The notes under the pieces were generated by a model, which saw nothing but the letters and a program-made list of their open reading frames with translations, was not told the origin of the DNA and made no database searches. A DNA stretch of 41,485 nt from Acidobacteriota bacterium (GTDB lineage Bacteria > Acidobacteriota > UBA6911 > RPQK01 > JBHHYX01). Made by a program: the position numbers and the translations under genes. Shown here in pieces: positions 1 to 9,286 of this stretch. The DNA is taken from positions 1 through 41,485 of the forward strand of contig JBHHYX010000003.1 of NCBI GenBank assembly GCA_046757765.1. Direction: 5' to 3'. Numbering within the stretch: the first letter of the stretch is position 1; each line of letters begins with the position of its first letter.

Positions 1-79
1 ATCCAGGGATGGCGCGATCTGTGGATGCTCAAGGCCGCTTTGCAAGGGCCTGATCGAGTCCCAAAAACAGAGACGGATA

Positions 80-149
80 AGCGGTCCTCTCACCCCGATA
101 CGCTAGAATCGGGGAAAGCAAATTGAAACGAAAGGAGAGGACCGCTATG
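80..149 (+). promoter_or_regulatory. RBS-sequestering nested hairpin ahead of the transposase start
   Basis: Perfect 12-bp inverted repeat AGCGGTCCTCTC (80-91) / GAGAGGACCGCT (135-146) covers part of the AAAGGAGAGG RBS just before ATG 147. There is an inner stem CCCCGAT (93-99) / ATCGGGG (108-114). Confidence 0.6.
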
Positions 150-556
150 ACAGAACAACCCTACCGCGCGTTGCTGGAGTCTCTGGTAGAGAGAGGAGAG
201 AGAGAGGAGTGGACTCGGGTGGACAATACCTGTTTGTCATCGACGGCTCCAAGGCCCTACGATCCGCGATTGCGCGAGTTTTTGGGGCAGACAGTGCGGT
301 GCAACGATGCCGTCTGCACAAGGAACGCAACGTTTGTGAAAAGCTTCCAGAGGGGCTGGCCCGGGAAGTGAAATCGGAGATGAGAGCGGCCTATCAGCTT
401 CCCTACGAGAAAGCCGTCAAACGGCTGAAAAAGCGAGCCGAATGGCTGGAGTCGACTTATCCCGAGGCCGCCGCCAGCCTGAGGGAAGGCCTGGAGGAGA
501 CCCTGACCATAAATCGACTCCAGCTCCGGCCCTTGACTCGTTGCGTTAAGGTGTGA
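147..556 (+). pseudogene. IS256-family (Mutator) transposase remnant, internally deleted, frameshifted and 3'-truncated
   Basis: Translated pieces RALLESLVERG (123 frame) and VDSGGQYLFVIDGSKALRSAIARVFG..VQRCRLHKERNV..AAASLREGLEETLT (209 frame) match the IS256 DDE core (DG and QRCxxH motifs). An 11-bp tandem duplication (188-198/199-209) breaks the frame, and the total is far shorter than a ~400-aa transposase. Confidence 0.8.
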
Positions 557-620
557 TGTGTTATCAGGTGCGCAACCTGACTCAAGTTTTAAAGATTACC
601 GCCACCCTAGTGGCCTATAG

Positions 621-2858
621 CTAATTGCCCTGGTGAGTTTCCGGTTCAGGTTTCAGGATGAGTGCCGCCAGAGGCGGCAGCGTCAAGCAGATCGAGTCTG
701 AATGTCCATGCTGCGGAATCGGCCGGGAGCTCACGCTTCCCATGTTGCCGAGGTTGGAGCCTCCCCACAGCTTGGAGTCACTGTTGAGAAGCTCACGATA
801 GCAACCCGGGGAGGGAACGCCAATCCTGTAGCCCGTCCGCGGCACCGGAGTGAAGTTGTAAACAAACACGAGAGAATCTTGCGGCTGGCTGGCGATTCGG
901 AGGAAGGAGACGACGCTGTTGTCCTGGTCGCGAAAGTCGATCCACTCGAATCCACTCGAATCGAAGTCGATTGCGTAGAACGCCGGCTCAGAAGCATAGA
1001 GCCGGTTCAGTTCTCGAAAGTAGTGCAGCAGCCGGCGATGGTAATTCCACTCCAGCAGATGCCAGTCCAGGCCGGTGTCGAAATTCCATTCCCGCCACTG
1101 TCCGAATTCGCCCCCCATGAAGAGGAGCTTCTTGCCCGGATGGCCGAACATGTAGGCGTAGAAAACTCGAAGATTAGCAAATCTTTGCCAGACATTGCCG
1201 AGCTGCTTGTTCAAGAGAGCTTTCTTGCCATGAACCACTTCATCATGGGACAGAGGGAGGATGAAGTTCTCGTTGAAAGCATAAAGAAGCGAGAAGGTCA
1301 GCTTGTCCTGATGGTACTTTCGGTAAACCGGGTCTTGAGTGATGTACTGCAGCGAGTCGTGCATCCAGCCCATGTTCCATTTCAGATCGAACCCGAGTCC
1401 TCCCAGGTGGGTCGGTCTGCAGACACCGGGCCACGCGGTCGACTCCTCCGCCACCGTGATGACCCCCCGTTCCTCCTGGTGAACGAGTTCATTGAGCCGT
1501 TTCAAGAAGTCAATCGCTTCCAGGTTTTCTTTGCCGCCATAGGGATTTGGGACCCATTCTCCCGGGTTGCGGGAGTAGTCGAGATAAAGCATTGAGGCTA
1601 CGGCGTCCAAGCGAAGGCCGTCAATGTGGTATTCCCTCAGCCAGAAGAGTGCGCTGGAGAGCAGGAAATTTCGAACCTCGCGTCTTCCCAGGTTGAAGAT
1701 CAGAGTGCCCCAGTCCGGATGGGAGCCTTGACGAGGATCGGCGTGTTCGTAAAGATGAGTTCCGTCAAAAAAGGCCAGGGCATGCTCGTCTCTCGGAAAA
1801 TGAGCCGGCACCCAATCCAGCAGCACTCCAATACTTGCTTGATGGCAGGCGTCGACAAAAAACCGGAAGTCGTCGGGGGCCCCGAAGCGGCTGGAAGGAG
1901 CGAAGTAGCCGGTGGTCTGGTATCCCCAGGAGCCTGAATACGGGTGTTCGGTGATGGGCATGAGCTCGATGTGAGTGAAACCCATTTCCTTCACGTAGGC
2001 GACTAGCTCTCGTGCCAGTTCACGGTAAGTTAGGCAGCGCTCGTCTGGATCGTAGGCTCGCCGCCAGGAACCGAGGTGCACTTCATAGGTTGAAAGGGGC
2101 GCCGCCATGGCGTCCCGCTCCCGGCGAGCCTTCATCCACTCCTGGTCTCGCCACTGGTACCGGTTCAAATCGTGAACAATACTTGCGGTCCGAGGGGGGG
2201 GCTCGAAATGGAAACCGTAAGGATCGATCTTCTCGCGAAAGTCACCGTTTCGAAAACGAACGCGATACTTGTAGAGGCTTCCGGCGGAAACTCCGGGAAC
2301 GAAAAGCCACCACAGCCCAGTGCCTTCGTGAAACTCCATGGGCAGGCTGTAGGGGTTCCACTCGTTAAAGTCGCCCGTCAGGCATACGGATTGGGCATTG
2401 GGAGCCCAGACGGCGAAACGCACCCCCTTGACTCCCCCCAGCGTCTCGATATGCGCCCCCAGCTTCTGGTAGGAGCGGTGGTGAGTTCCCTCGCCCAACA
2501 AATGGAGATCGAAATCACCGAGAAGGTTCCTGAAGGAATAAGGATCCCACCTCTCTTCCTGTTTGTCCCGGGCACGGGAATAGAGAAGTTGATAGCTGAA
2601 CTTCTTTTCCCGGGGGTGAGGCAGTCGAGCCTGGAAAAGTCCCTCGGGATGAAGTACGGACATCGGAAGGGTCCGCTTCTCTCCTCCGCTCTCCAGTTGA
2701 AGCTGGACCTCCTGAACGCCGGGTGCCAGGGCCCTCACGACCAGTGTATCCGGCTGGAGCGGCGACCTGACTCTGTGGGGGCCCAAGAGGAGAAAAGGCC
2801 GGCCATGGCAGCCTCGAACCAAGGCTTCGATTTCGTCTTGGGTGATATTTCCAGCCAC
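621..2858 (-). CDS. glgB: 1,4-alpha-glucan branching enzyme (GH13)
   Basis: 745 aa with [65 protein letters not shown] and [10 protein letters not shown] motifs; GTG start. Confidence 0.97.
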   Translation of the reverse strand: MAGNITQDEIEALVRGCHGRPFLLLGPHRVRSPLQPDTLVVRALAPGVQEVQLQLESGGEKRTLPMSVLHPEGLFQARLPHPREKKFSYQLLYSRARDKQEERWDPYSFRNLLGDFDLHLLGEGTHHRSYQKLGAHIETLGGVKGVRFAVWAPNAQSVCLTGDFNEWNPYSLPMEFHEGTGLWWLFVPGVSAGSLYKYRVRFRNGDFREKIDPYGFHFEPPPRTASIVHDLNRYQWRDQEWMKARRERDAMAAPLSTYEVHLGSWRRAYDPDERCLTYRELARELVAYVKEMGFTHIELMPITEHPYSGSWGYQTTGYFAPSSRFGAPDDFRFFVDACHQASIGVLLDWVPAHFPRDEHALAFFDGTHLYEHADPRQGSHPDWGTLIFNLGRREVRNFLLSSALFWLREYHIDGLRLDAVASMLYLDYSRNPGEWVPNPYGGKENLEAIDFLKRLNELVHQEERGVITVAEESTAWPGVCRPTHLGGLGFDLKWNMGWMHDSLQYITQDPVYRKYHQDKLTFSLLYAFNENFILPLSHDEVVHGKKALLNKQLGNVWQRFANLRVFYAYMFGHPGKKLLFMGGEFGQWREWNFDTGLDWHLLEWNYHRRLLHYFRELNRLYASEPAFYAIDFDSSGFEWIDFRDQDNSVVSFLRIASQPQDSLVFVYNFTPVPRTGYRIGVPSPGCYRELLNSDSKLWGGSNLGNMGSVSSRPIPQHGHSDSICLTLPPLAALILKPEPETHQGN

Positions 2859-2884
2859 GGCGCCCTAGTGTAGCATGCGCCAGG

Positions 2885-3457
2885 TCAGCGGGGGCGCTGC
2901 TCGGGCATGGAGGAGCGGACCGGAGGGGGCGAAGCCTCCTTCCGATCTTGGCGTCGGGCTTTGCGGGCAGAGGCGCCGGGCAAGACTTGAGGGGGGATCT
3001 GAGGAGTCTGGCCAGGAGGTCGCCGCCTCCCAACAGACCGCCCTCCCGGGGCGGTTGCCTGTCTCCCGCGTCCCTTAGAGCTCTGTGGAGGCCCTGGCCG
3101 GGTGGGCTTGGAACGGATGACGTTGGTCTTGGCGCGTGGTGTCCGAAGTTCTGCGGGTAGGCTGCTGCCCCGGGTTCGGTCGGCGGCGCCCCGTTCCGCC
3201 AATCCGCGTGACGTTGGGGTCTTGTGAGCCGACGTGGGTGCTGCCGTTCGGGGAGTTGAACCTCTGCGCTGGCTGTTCAGAGCGGGTCCGGCGGCATCGG
3301 TATCCGCCGAGTCCTGCGGGGAGGGGCGTTGACTGTGGGGCGGGATCTCAATGCGAGGGGTGGAATTCGGGTTCCAAAAAGTCTGAGCGAATGCGATGAT
3401 GGCTACCACCACCCCAACCAACACGAGCAGAGTATTGATCTGATTTGAGTATTTCAC
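2885..3457 (-). CDS. Hypothetical membrane-anchored protein with a long Pro/Ser/Thr/Arg-rich low-complexity tail
   Basis: N-terminal hydrophobic segment LLVLVGVVVAIIAFA followed by a disordered-looking tail; fills the gap 26 bp upstream of glgB on the same strand. Confidence 0.55.
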   Translation of the reverse strand: MKYSNQINTLLVLVGVVVAIIAFAQTFWNPNSTPRIEIPPHSQRPSPQDSADTDAAGPALNSQRRGSTPRTAAPTSAHKTPTSRGLAERGAADRTRGSSLPAELRTPRAKTNVIRSKPTRPGPPQSSKGRGRQATAPGGRSVGRRRPPGQTPQIPPQVLPGASARKARRQDRKEASPPPVRSSMPEQRPR

Positions 3458-3492
3458 GGTCTCAAAAGTAGGCTACAAGCCGACTCCAATTT

Positions 3493-3683
3493 CTAACCCG
3501 CACGTCTCAGTCTCACGCCGATTCTACCGCGGACCCGGAACCATCCACGCTGACTGCGCTGCCCGTCCTCGGCCTCCTGGTCGTAGACGACCACGCCTCC
3601 GGGGGACTCGGTCGCGACGCCTTGTCAGCCCGGCGCCCCCAGGGCCCGCTTCGCAACGACACCCCTTGAATAATCCGGGCTAG
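3493..3683. mobile_element. MITE-like element, family A, copy 1 (~190 bp)
   Basis: Ends CTAACCCGCA... / ...TTGAATAATCCGGGCTAG. The interior (CGCTGACTGCG..CCTCGGCCTCCT..CTCCGGGGG.CTCGGTCG..ACGCCTTGTCAGC) aligns with 6825-7009 and 30002-30098. Confidence 0.75.
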
Positions 3684-5047
3684 TGAAAATCTATTCGCAA
3701 CAGGGCGTCGCGGGCATACCGATTACTCGGATTCAACTTCAGGGCCCACCCGTAGAGTTCTCGGGCCTGCTCCCAGCGCCGCCCCCTTTCGGCGCAGTAG
3801 CCAAGGGCAGCATAGCTCAAGTCGTCCCGGGGGTTCAAATGGTGCGCCTTGCGGAACTCGATCTCCGCCGGCCGGGTCTGCCCGCGGCGGACCAGAGCTG
3901 CCCCCAAATTGTAGCGAACCCGGGCCTTTGATGGGCTCTTCCTGGCGGCGTCGCGCCATAAAGCCAGATCATCCTTCCAGATGGCGTTTCGGGCCAGGCT
4001 TGTTGGAATCATAGCGACCATCAGAAACGCCGCCAACCCCATCCGAAACGGTTGGAACCTGTGAACCGGCCCTGTGTTCCACACCACCCAACTCACTAGA
4101 AAGGCAAAACCACCCAAGGCGAGATAGGCACGGCTCTCATTGAAGAGGTCCGAATTGGGAATCAGCCAAGAGGGAATAAAGGGGGTCATCAGCCAGAGTA
4201 GCCCAAGGGCCGGCATCGGAGCCCTGTGTCGGAGTGTCCAAACCAGGAAGACGGCCCCCAGCAGGGCCGAGATCCCCAGCAGGACCAGAGGCCAGTGGGG
4301 TTGTTGGAAGTCGTGGTCGACATGCAAGCCCGAGGGCCAGAACATCAACTTGACGTACTTCAGCAAAGCGGACGGTTGGGCAATGTAGTAACCGCCCACG
4401 TCGGGGTGATTCCAGCCCACTTCCAGGGGGTTGCCCCGCAAGAGGCCGAAAATGAAGCCCCCGACATTGACTGTGGCGACGACGGCCACCCCTTTCCAGC
4501 GTTTCGGGTCGAGCATCAACAGTAGGAGCAGCAGAACGACTGCCTCCGTGCGGCTCCAGATCGCCAGCTGAAAACAGATCAGGGCCATCCAGGGCCGGCG
4601 CCGAATCAGAATCATGGCGGTCAGGCCGAAGATGGCCATCAACAGCATGGAACGTGACCAAATGTAATTGACGGGTTGCGTCTGGAGGGGATGAAGGGCG
4701 AAGAGCAGAGCGGTTGTCATGGAGACCCTTCGGTTGTCCGTCAGGAGGGTGGTGAATCCGTACACGGCCATTGCAGCCAGACAGTGGAGGGCGAGCTGGA
4801 TCCAGTGGTAGGGGAGCGGGTCGCTGCCCGCCCACCGGTAGTTCCAGTGGAACGTCCACAGCGTCAGCGGGCGGCCTCCATACTGATCCAAAAAGGACGC
4901 AAGCCGAAAATGAGGGTCGGTCACGTCCGGGTTTTCCAACAGCAGGGCAAAGTCATCGAAATGAAAAGCACCCGGAAACGAATTCAGATAAACTGCCCCC
5001 GTGACCAGCACCAGAACCAAGCCAAACCACCAGTGTCGCACGTTCAA
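3680..5047 (-). CDS. TMTC-like (GT-C fold) membrane glycosyltransferase with C-terminal TPRs, putative protein O-mannosyltransferase
   Basis: VYLNSFPGAFHFDDF..NP, RPLTLWTF, FALHPLQTQPV..IWSRS, LMFWPSGLHVDH, ESRAYL and RNAIWKDDLALWRDA motifs, then TPRs. Start placed at TTG 5047 because the longer ORF extension is antisense to the neighbouring transporter. Confidence 0.8.
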   Translation of the reverse strand: MNVRHWWFGLVLVLVTGAVYLNSFPGAFHFDDFALLLENPDVTDPHFRLASFLDQYGGRPLTLWTFHWNYRWAGSDPLPYHWIQLALHCLAAMAVYGFTTLLTDNRRVSMTTALLFALHPLQTQPVNYIWSRSMLLMAIFGLTAMILIRRRPWMALICFQLAIWSRTEAVVLLLLLLMLDPKRWKGVAVVATVNVGGFIFGLLRGNPLEVGWNHPDVGGYYIAQPSALLKYVKLMFWPSGLHVDHDFQQPHWPLVLLGISALLGAVFLVWTLRHRAPMPALGLLWLMTPFIPSWLIPNSDLFNESRAYLALGGFAFLVSWVVWNTGPVHRFQPFRMGLAAFLMVAMIPTSLARNAIWKDDLALWRDAARKSPSKARVRYNLGAALVRRGQTRPAEIEFRKAHHLNPRDDLSYAALGYCAERGRRWEQARELYGWALKLNPSNRYARDALLRIDFH

Positions 5048-5170
5048 TGAGATGCTGGGGGGGCTTGAAAAGTCGACATTGAAGCCAATTGCCCCGGCGG
5101 AAATCCCAATCCAGCGATGTGGAAATTGAATGCAATCCGGGTCTTGGGCCTGGAGAGTCGTTTTGGTAGG

Positions 5171-6322
5171 ATGCGTTTCGATCTTGCCGAGGCCAGCGGC
5201 GCGCTCGGGGACCTTGGGACATTCGTTCCTATTGTGGTCAGCCTGGTAGCAGTGTGTCATCTGGACATTGGAAGCATTCTCCTTTTCGCCGGGCTTTACA
5301 ACATCATCACAGGTATTCTCTTCAACCAGCCCGTCCCCGTTCAGCCGATGAAGGCAATTGCGGCGGTCGCGATCGCGGAGACGCTCAGCCAGGGGTCGAT
5401 TGCTGCCGCCGGCCTGGGGGCGGGGGCGGTCGTCTTCCTTCTTGGGGTGACGGGGTTGGTGGGGGTCATCGAGCGCCTGATTCCCCACGCCGTGGTGCGC
5501 GGGATTCAATTGGGAGTCGGACTCAAGCTGCTGGTGAAGGGTCTCTCCATGATCCACTCGTCCGTTCGGGTGGAACAGGGTGCCTGGGCGATTGCTTTGT
5601 CCGGCGCCGGCTTCATCCTCTTGACCGCCCGTTGGAAGCGCTTCCCCTCTGCCTTGATTCTCTTTTCCGGGGGTCTGGTGTTGCTTTTCTTCACCCTGCC
5701 CCATCACTTTTCCGACCTGCCTGTCGGCTGGGCTGGGCTGAGCCGCTCGATTCCCAACCTGTCGGAATGGGAAACGGGTGTCCTGCGGGGCACCTTGCCC
5801 CAGGTCCCTCTGACGCTTCTCAACTCGGTCATCGCTGTCTGTGCTCTGAGCGGCGATCTTTACCCCAACAGGGGCGTCGGCGTCCGCCCCATGGCTATCA
5901 GCGTCGGTCTCATGAATCTCATCGGGTGCTGGTTCGGCGCCATGCCCATGTGTCATGGGTCGGGGGGACTTGCCGGCCAGCACCGCTTCGGTGCCCGCAC
6001 CGGAGGCAGCGTCGTCATGCTGGGGGTGGCGAAGGTGGGGATCGGCCTGATGCTGGGCTCCAGTGCGGCCTTCCTGTTGAATGCCTTTCCCGCCGCAATC
6101 CTGGGAGTGCTCCTCTGTTTTGCCGGCGCTGAACTGGCGCTTCCCGCCCGCGATAGCACCTCCCGCGACGAGTTTTTCCTCGCCGCCCTGACCGCGGGAG
6201 GTTGCCTGGGCATGAACACCGCCCTGGGTTTCGGGATCGGAATGGCCGCAGCCTCTTTTTTGGCCTTTTCGGGTAAGAATAGCGACCGGTCGGGAGCGAC
6301 CTCAAATAGCGGCGAGAATTGA
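5171..6322 (+). CDS. Molybdate/sulfate transporter, MOT1 family
   Basis: ASGALGDLGTF, PVPVQPMKAIAAVA, LPQVPLTLLNSVIA and GAMPMCHGSGGLAGQHRFGARTG signatures; multiple TM segments. ATG 5171 preferred over 5117. Confidence 0.9.
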   Translation: MRFDLAEASGALGDLGTFVPIVVSLVAVCHLDIGSILLFAGLYNIITGILFNQPVPVQPMKAIAAVAIAETLSQGSIAAAGLGAGAVVFLLGVTGLVGVIERLIPHAVVRGIQLGVGLKLLVKGLSMIHSSVRVEQGAWAIALSGAGFILLTARWKRFPSALILFSGGLVLLFFTLPHHFSDLPVGWAGLSRSIPNLSEWETGVLRGTLPQVPLTLLNSVIAVCALSGDLYPNRGVGVRPMAISVGLMNLIGCWFGAMPMCHGSGGLAGQHRFGARTGGSVVMLGVAKVGIGLMLGSSAAFLLNAFPAAILGVLLCFAGAELALPARDSTSRDEFFLAALTAGGCLGMNTALGFGIGMAAASFLAFSGKNSDRSGATSNSGEN

Positions 6323-6383
6323 CAGGTTGGAGTCGAGAGGGAGCAATCCGCGCGGTATTGCTCCCTTCCGAGAGACCCGTTCG

Positions 6384-6737
6384 CTACGGCTTCTTCTTCG
6401 GGGCAGCGGGCGAAGGCTGCTTTTTGGCCCGTCGGGAAGCGGGTCTGGCAGCCGGGGCCTTTCCCACCGTGATCCGGTCTTTAAGGCTCAAGAACTTTTT
6501 TTCCCCAACGCCTCGAACGTTCATCAGATCTTCGATTCTCTTGAAGGGACCGTTCTTCTTCCGAAAGTCGATGATCCTCTGGGAGAGTGCGGGGCCGACG
6601 CCTTGCAGGTCCTGCAATTGGGCGGCGGTGGCTGTGTTGAGGTTCACTTTCTGGTCCTGGGCGATCAGCGGCCAGGCGAGGCAGCAGGACACAATTGCCC
6701 CAAGACCCCAGGTAGCAAACTTTGTACTCATGTTCAT
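6384..6737 (-). CDS. comEA: ComEA-family helix-hairpin-helix DNA-binding protein with signal peptide
   Basis: KVNLNTATAAQLQDLQGVGPALSQRIIDFRKKNGPFKRIEDLMNVRGVGEK; strong AAAGGAGG RBS; N-terminal signal peptide. Confidence 0.88.
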   Translation of the reverse strand: MNMSTKFATWGLGAIVSCCLAWPLIAQDQKVNLNTATAAQLQDLQGVGPALSQRIIDFRKKNGPFKRIEDLMNVRGVGEKKFLSLKDRITVGKAPAARPASRRAKKQPSPAAPKKKP

Positions 6738-6824
6738 ATCCTCCTTTGTCTGTTTTTCTCTACTCAGCTAAAACGTCCGACTCAGGAAATCTGCGAGATT
6801 TTCTTGAGCCGGAGTTGAGCGATT

Positions 6825-7009
6825 CTAGGCCGCATTTCTCACACCCAATCTACTGCAGAGCCGGAATCATCCGCGCTGACTGCGTTGCCCGGCCTCGGCC
6901 TCCTCGACGTAGTGCACGACTACGGCTCCGGGGGCCTCGGTCGTAACGCCTTGTCAGCGCGGCGCTTCCGGGCTCTTCGCTACGATCGGATGTGAGAAAT
7001 CCGGGCTAG
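6825..7009. mobile_element. MITE-like element, family A, copy 2 (most intact)
   Basis: Terminal inverted repeats CTAGGCCGCATTTCTCACA / TGTGAGAAATCCGGGCTAG (17 of 19 complementary); internal hairpin core CCTCGACGTAGTGCACGACTACG; non-coding. Confidence 0.8.
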
Positions 7010-7273
7010 CGCAGGATGTCGTTCTTTGGTTTGGTTTTCTTGGAATGTCGGTGCCAGGCGGCCAAGGCGGCGGCTCCGATCGGCCGGCGGTGCGCCGCCG
7101 CGTCTTCATCGGTATCGGAATCGGTCATCGCGATCGACCCGGATTTCCATAGCGGGGGGAATGGCAGGATGTCGATTGCCGATTGCGATCTCGACAGCTC
7201 GGACGACAGAGCCGAGATCGCTTGCTCTCGGCTTGTGCAGATAGACCGGGGTGGAAGGGATCGCCGGCAGGGG

Positions 7274-8569
7274 CTAACCGGCCGACATGGATCTCAGGAA
7301 GTCGGCATTGGCCTTGGTCTTGCTCAGCTTTTCCAGCAGGAGTTCCATGGACTCGGTGGCCGACAAGGGATTGAGCACCTTTCGCAACACCCAAACTCGG
7401 TTGAGCTCTTCCTTCTTGAGGAGAAGATCTTCCTTGCGTGTCCCCGAGCGGTTGATGTCGATGGCCGGAAAGACCCGCTTGTCAACAAGCTTGCGGTCCA
7501 GGTGGAGCTCCATGTTGCCGGTGCCCTTGAATTCCTCGAAGATCACATCATCCATACGGCTGCCGGTATCGATCAGAGCCGTGGCCATGATAGTCAAGCT
7601 TCCTCCCTCTTCAATATTTCGGGCCGCCCCGAAAAATCGCTTGGGCCGCTGCAAGGCGTTGGAGTCGACTCCTCCGGAGAGCACTTTCCCGGAGGGGGGA
7701 ACGATGGTGTTGTAGGCACGTGCCAGGCGAGTGATGGAATCGAGCAGAATGACGACATCTTTCTTATGCTCAACCAGTCGCTTGGCCTTCTCGAGCACCA
7801 TTTCAGCCACCTGAACATGCCGGGTCGCCGGCTCGTCAAAGGTGGAACTGATGACCTCGCCCCGCACCGACCGCTCCATGTCGGTGACTTCCTCGGGGCG
7901 TTCATCGATCAGCAGGACGATCAAGACGCACTCCGGGTGATTGGTTGTGACGGAGTTGGCGATACTCTGCAGAATCATCGTCTTTCCGGCCCGCGGCGGA
8001 GAGACGATGAGCCCGCGCTGGCCCTTGCCGATCGGTGTCAGCAGATCCATGACCCGTCCCGAAAGGTCCTTCTGAACCGTTTCCAGCTGCAGCCGTTGGT
8101 TCGGGTAGATCGGCGTCAGATTCTCGAAGAAGGTCCGATCCCGGGCGATGTCGGGATGTTCAAAGTTGATGGCCTCTACTTTGATGAGGGCGAAATAGCG
8201 CTCACCTTCTTTGGGAGGGCGGACCTGGCCGGATACGGTGTCCCCGGTGTGGAGGTCGAACTTGCGAATCTGTGATGGAGAAACGTAAATATCGTCTGGC
8301 CCGGGGAGATAATTGTATTCCGGAGCTCGAAGAAAGCCGAACCCATCCGGCAAGGTTTCCAGAACACCCTCTGAAAAAATCAAGCCACTGCGCTCGGTCT
8401 GGGCCTTGAGAATCTGAAAAATCAGCTCCTGCTTTCGCATTCCAGTCGCGCCGGCGATGTCCAGATCCTTGGCGATGTGATTGAGGGCCTGGATGTTTAA
8501 CTCCTTTAGCTCTTGAATATTCAAGGGCTGCCCACTTTCCTTCACGGCACGAGTGCCTGCTTCAGCCAT
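7274..8569 (-). CDS. rho: Transcription termination factor Rho
   Basis: [56 protein letters not shown] and [10 protein letters not shown] motifs. Confidence 0.98.
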   Translation of the reverse strand: MAEAGTRAVKESGQPLNIQELKELNIQALNHIAKDLDIAGATGMRKQELIFQILKAQTERSGLIFSEGVLETLPDGFGFLRAPEYNYLPGPDDIYVSPSQIRKFDLHTGDTVSGQVRPPKEGERYFALIKVEAINFEHPDIARDRTFFENLTPIYPNQRLQLETVQKDLSGRVMDLLTPIGKGQRGLIVSPPRAGKTMILQSIANSVTTNHPECVLIVLLIDERPEEVTDMERSVRGEVISSTFDEPATRHVQVAEMVLEKAKRLVEHKKDVVILLDSITRLARAYNTIVPPSGKVLSGGVDSNALQRPKRFFGAARNIEEGGSLTIMATALIDTGSRMDDVIFEEFKGTGNMELHLDRKLVDKRVFPAIDINRSGTRKEDLLLKKEELNRVWVLRKVLNPLSATESMELLLEKLSKTKANADFLRSMSAG

Positions 8570-8572
8570 GAC

Positions 8573-9139
8573 TCAAACCTCTCGAATGAATTGCCACAAT
8601 TCCTTTTTCCCGATTCCGGTGGCAGAGGAATAGGGAACAACCCGACCTACATCCATCACCCCGCGGACCCGAACGAGGGCTTCTTGCCGCCCGTTGCCGG
8701 AAAGTTTGTCCATCTTGGTCGCGACAACCTGGTAGGGGACAGCAAAATGCTCCAGATAACCTTTCATCGATAAATCCAGAGGCGACGGCTCATGTCGAGC
8801 GTCCAGGATGAGAAACACGAGTTTCAGCCTCTCATCAGTCTTCAGGAACTCTTCAATCATCGGGCCCCAACGGGCCCGGACTTTCTTGGAAACCCTGGCG
8901 AAGCCGTAACCTGGCAGATCCACAAAAACCCACTGCCGACTCACCTCGAAAAAATGAATCTCCCGCGTGCGCCCTGGGCTGCCGCTAGTCCGGGCGACAC
9001 TCTTGCTCCCCAACAGGCTGTTGATCAGCCTGGACTTTCCAACATTCGATCTCCCCGCGAAAGCGATCCTGGGAAGTTTGGATTTCGGATAGTGCCCCTT
9101 TCGGGTTGCAGCGCCAAGGAATGAGATCTCCACACCCAC
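8573..9139 (-). CDS. engB: Ribosome biogenesis GTPase EngB/YihA/YsxC
   Basis: G1 GRSNVGKS, G2 PGRT, G3 DLPGYG and G4 TKMD; canonical position downstream of lon. Confidence 0.95.
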   Translation of the reverse strand: MGVEISFLGAATRKGHYPKSKLPRIAFAGRSNVGKSRLINSLLGSKSVARTSGSPGRTREIHFFEVSRQWVFVDLPGYGFARVSKKVRARWGPMIEEFLKTDERLKLVFLILDARHEPSPLDLSMKGYLEHFAVPYQVVATKMDKLSGNGRQEALVRVRGVMDVGRVVPYSSATGIGKKELWQFIREV

Positions 9140-9286
9140 CTGATGATTGCGGTCCGGGAAACTTCGGCCCCCGACTTGCGAAGCTCAATCTGCTACGGCG
9201 CGGGAACGGATCTGCCGGGACGAAACGGCTGTGACGTTCCTCGGGTTCGCGGTTTCAAGTGATTGGTCAAGCCGGACAGCGGAATC

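Noticed and set aside
941-960. 10-bp tandem repeat TCCACTCGAA x2 in glgB
   Set aside because: The frame is intact and encodes the normal GlgB DxxxxGFEWID segment; coincidental.
5048-5983. N-terminal ~310 aa of the 767-aa ORF 3680..5983
   Set aside because: Mostly antisense to the clearly real MOT1 transporter; TMTC-like sequence only begins near 5047.
7016-8275. 419-aa plus-strand ORF
   Set aside because: Antisense shadow of rho.
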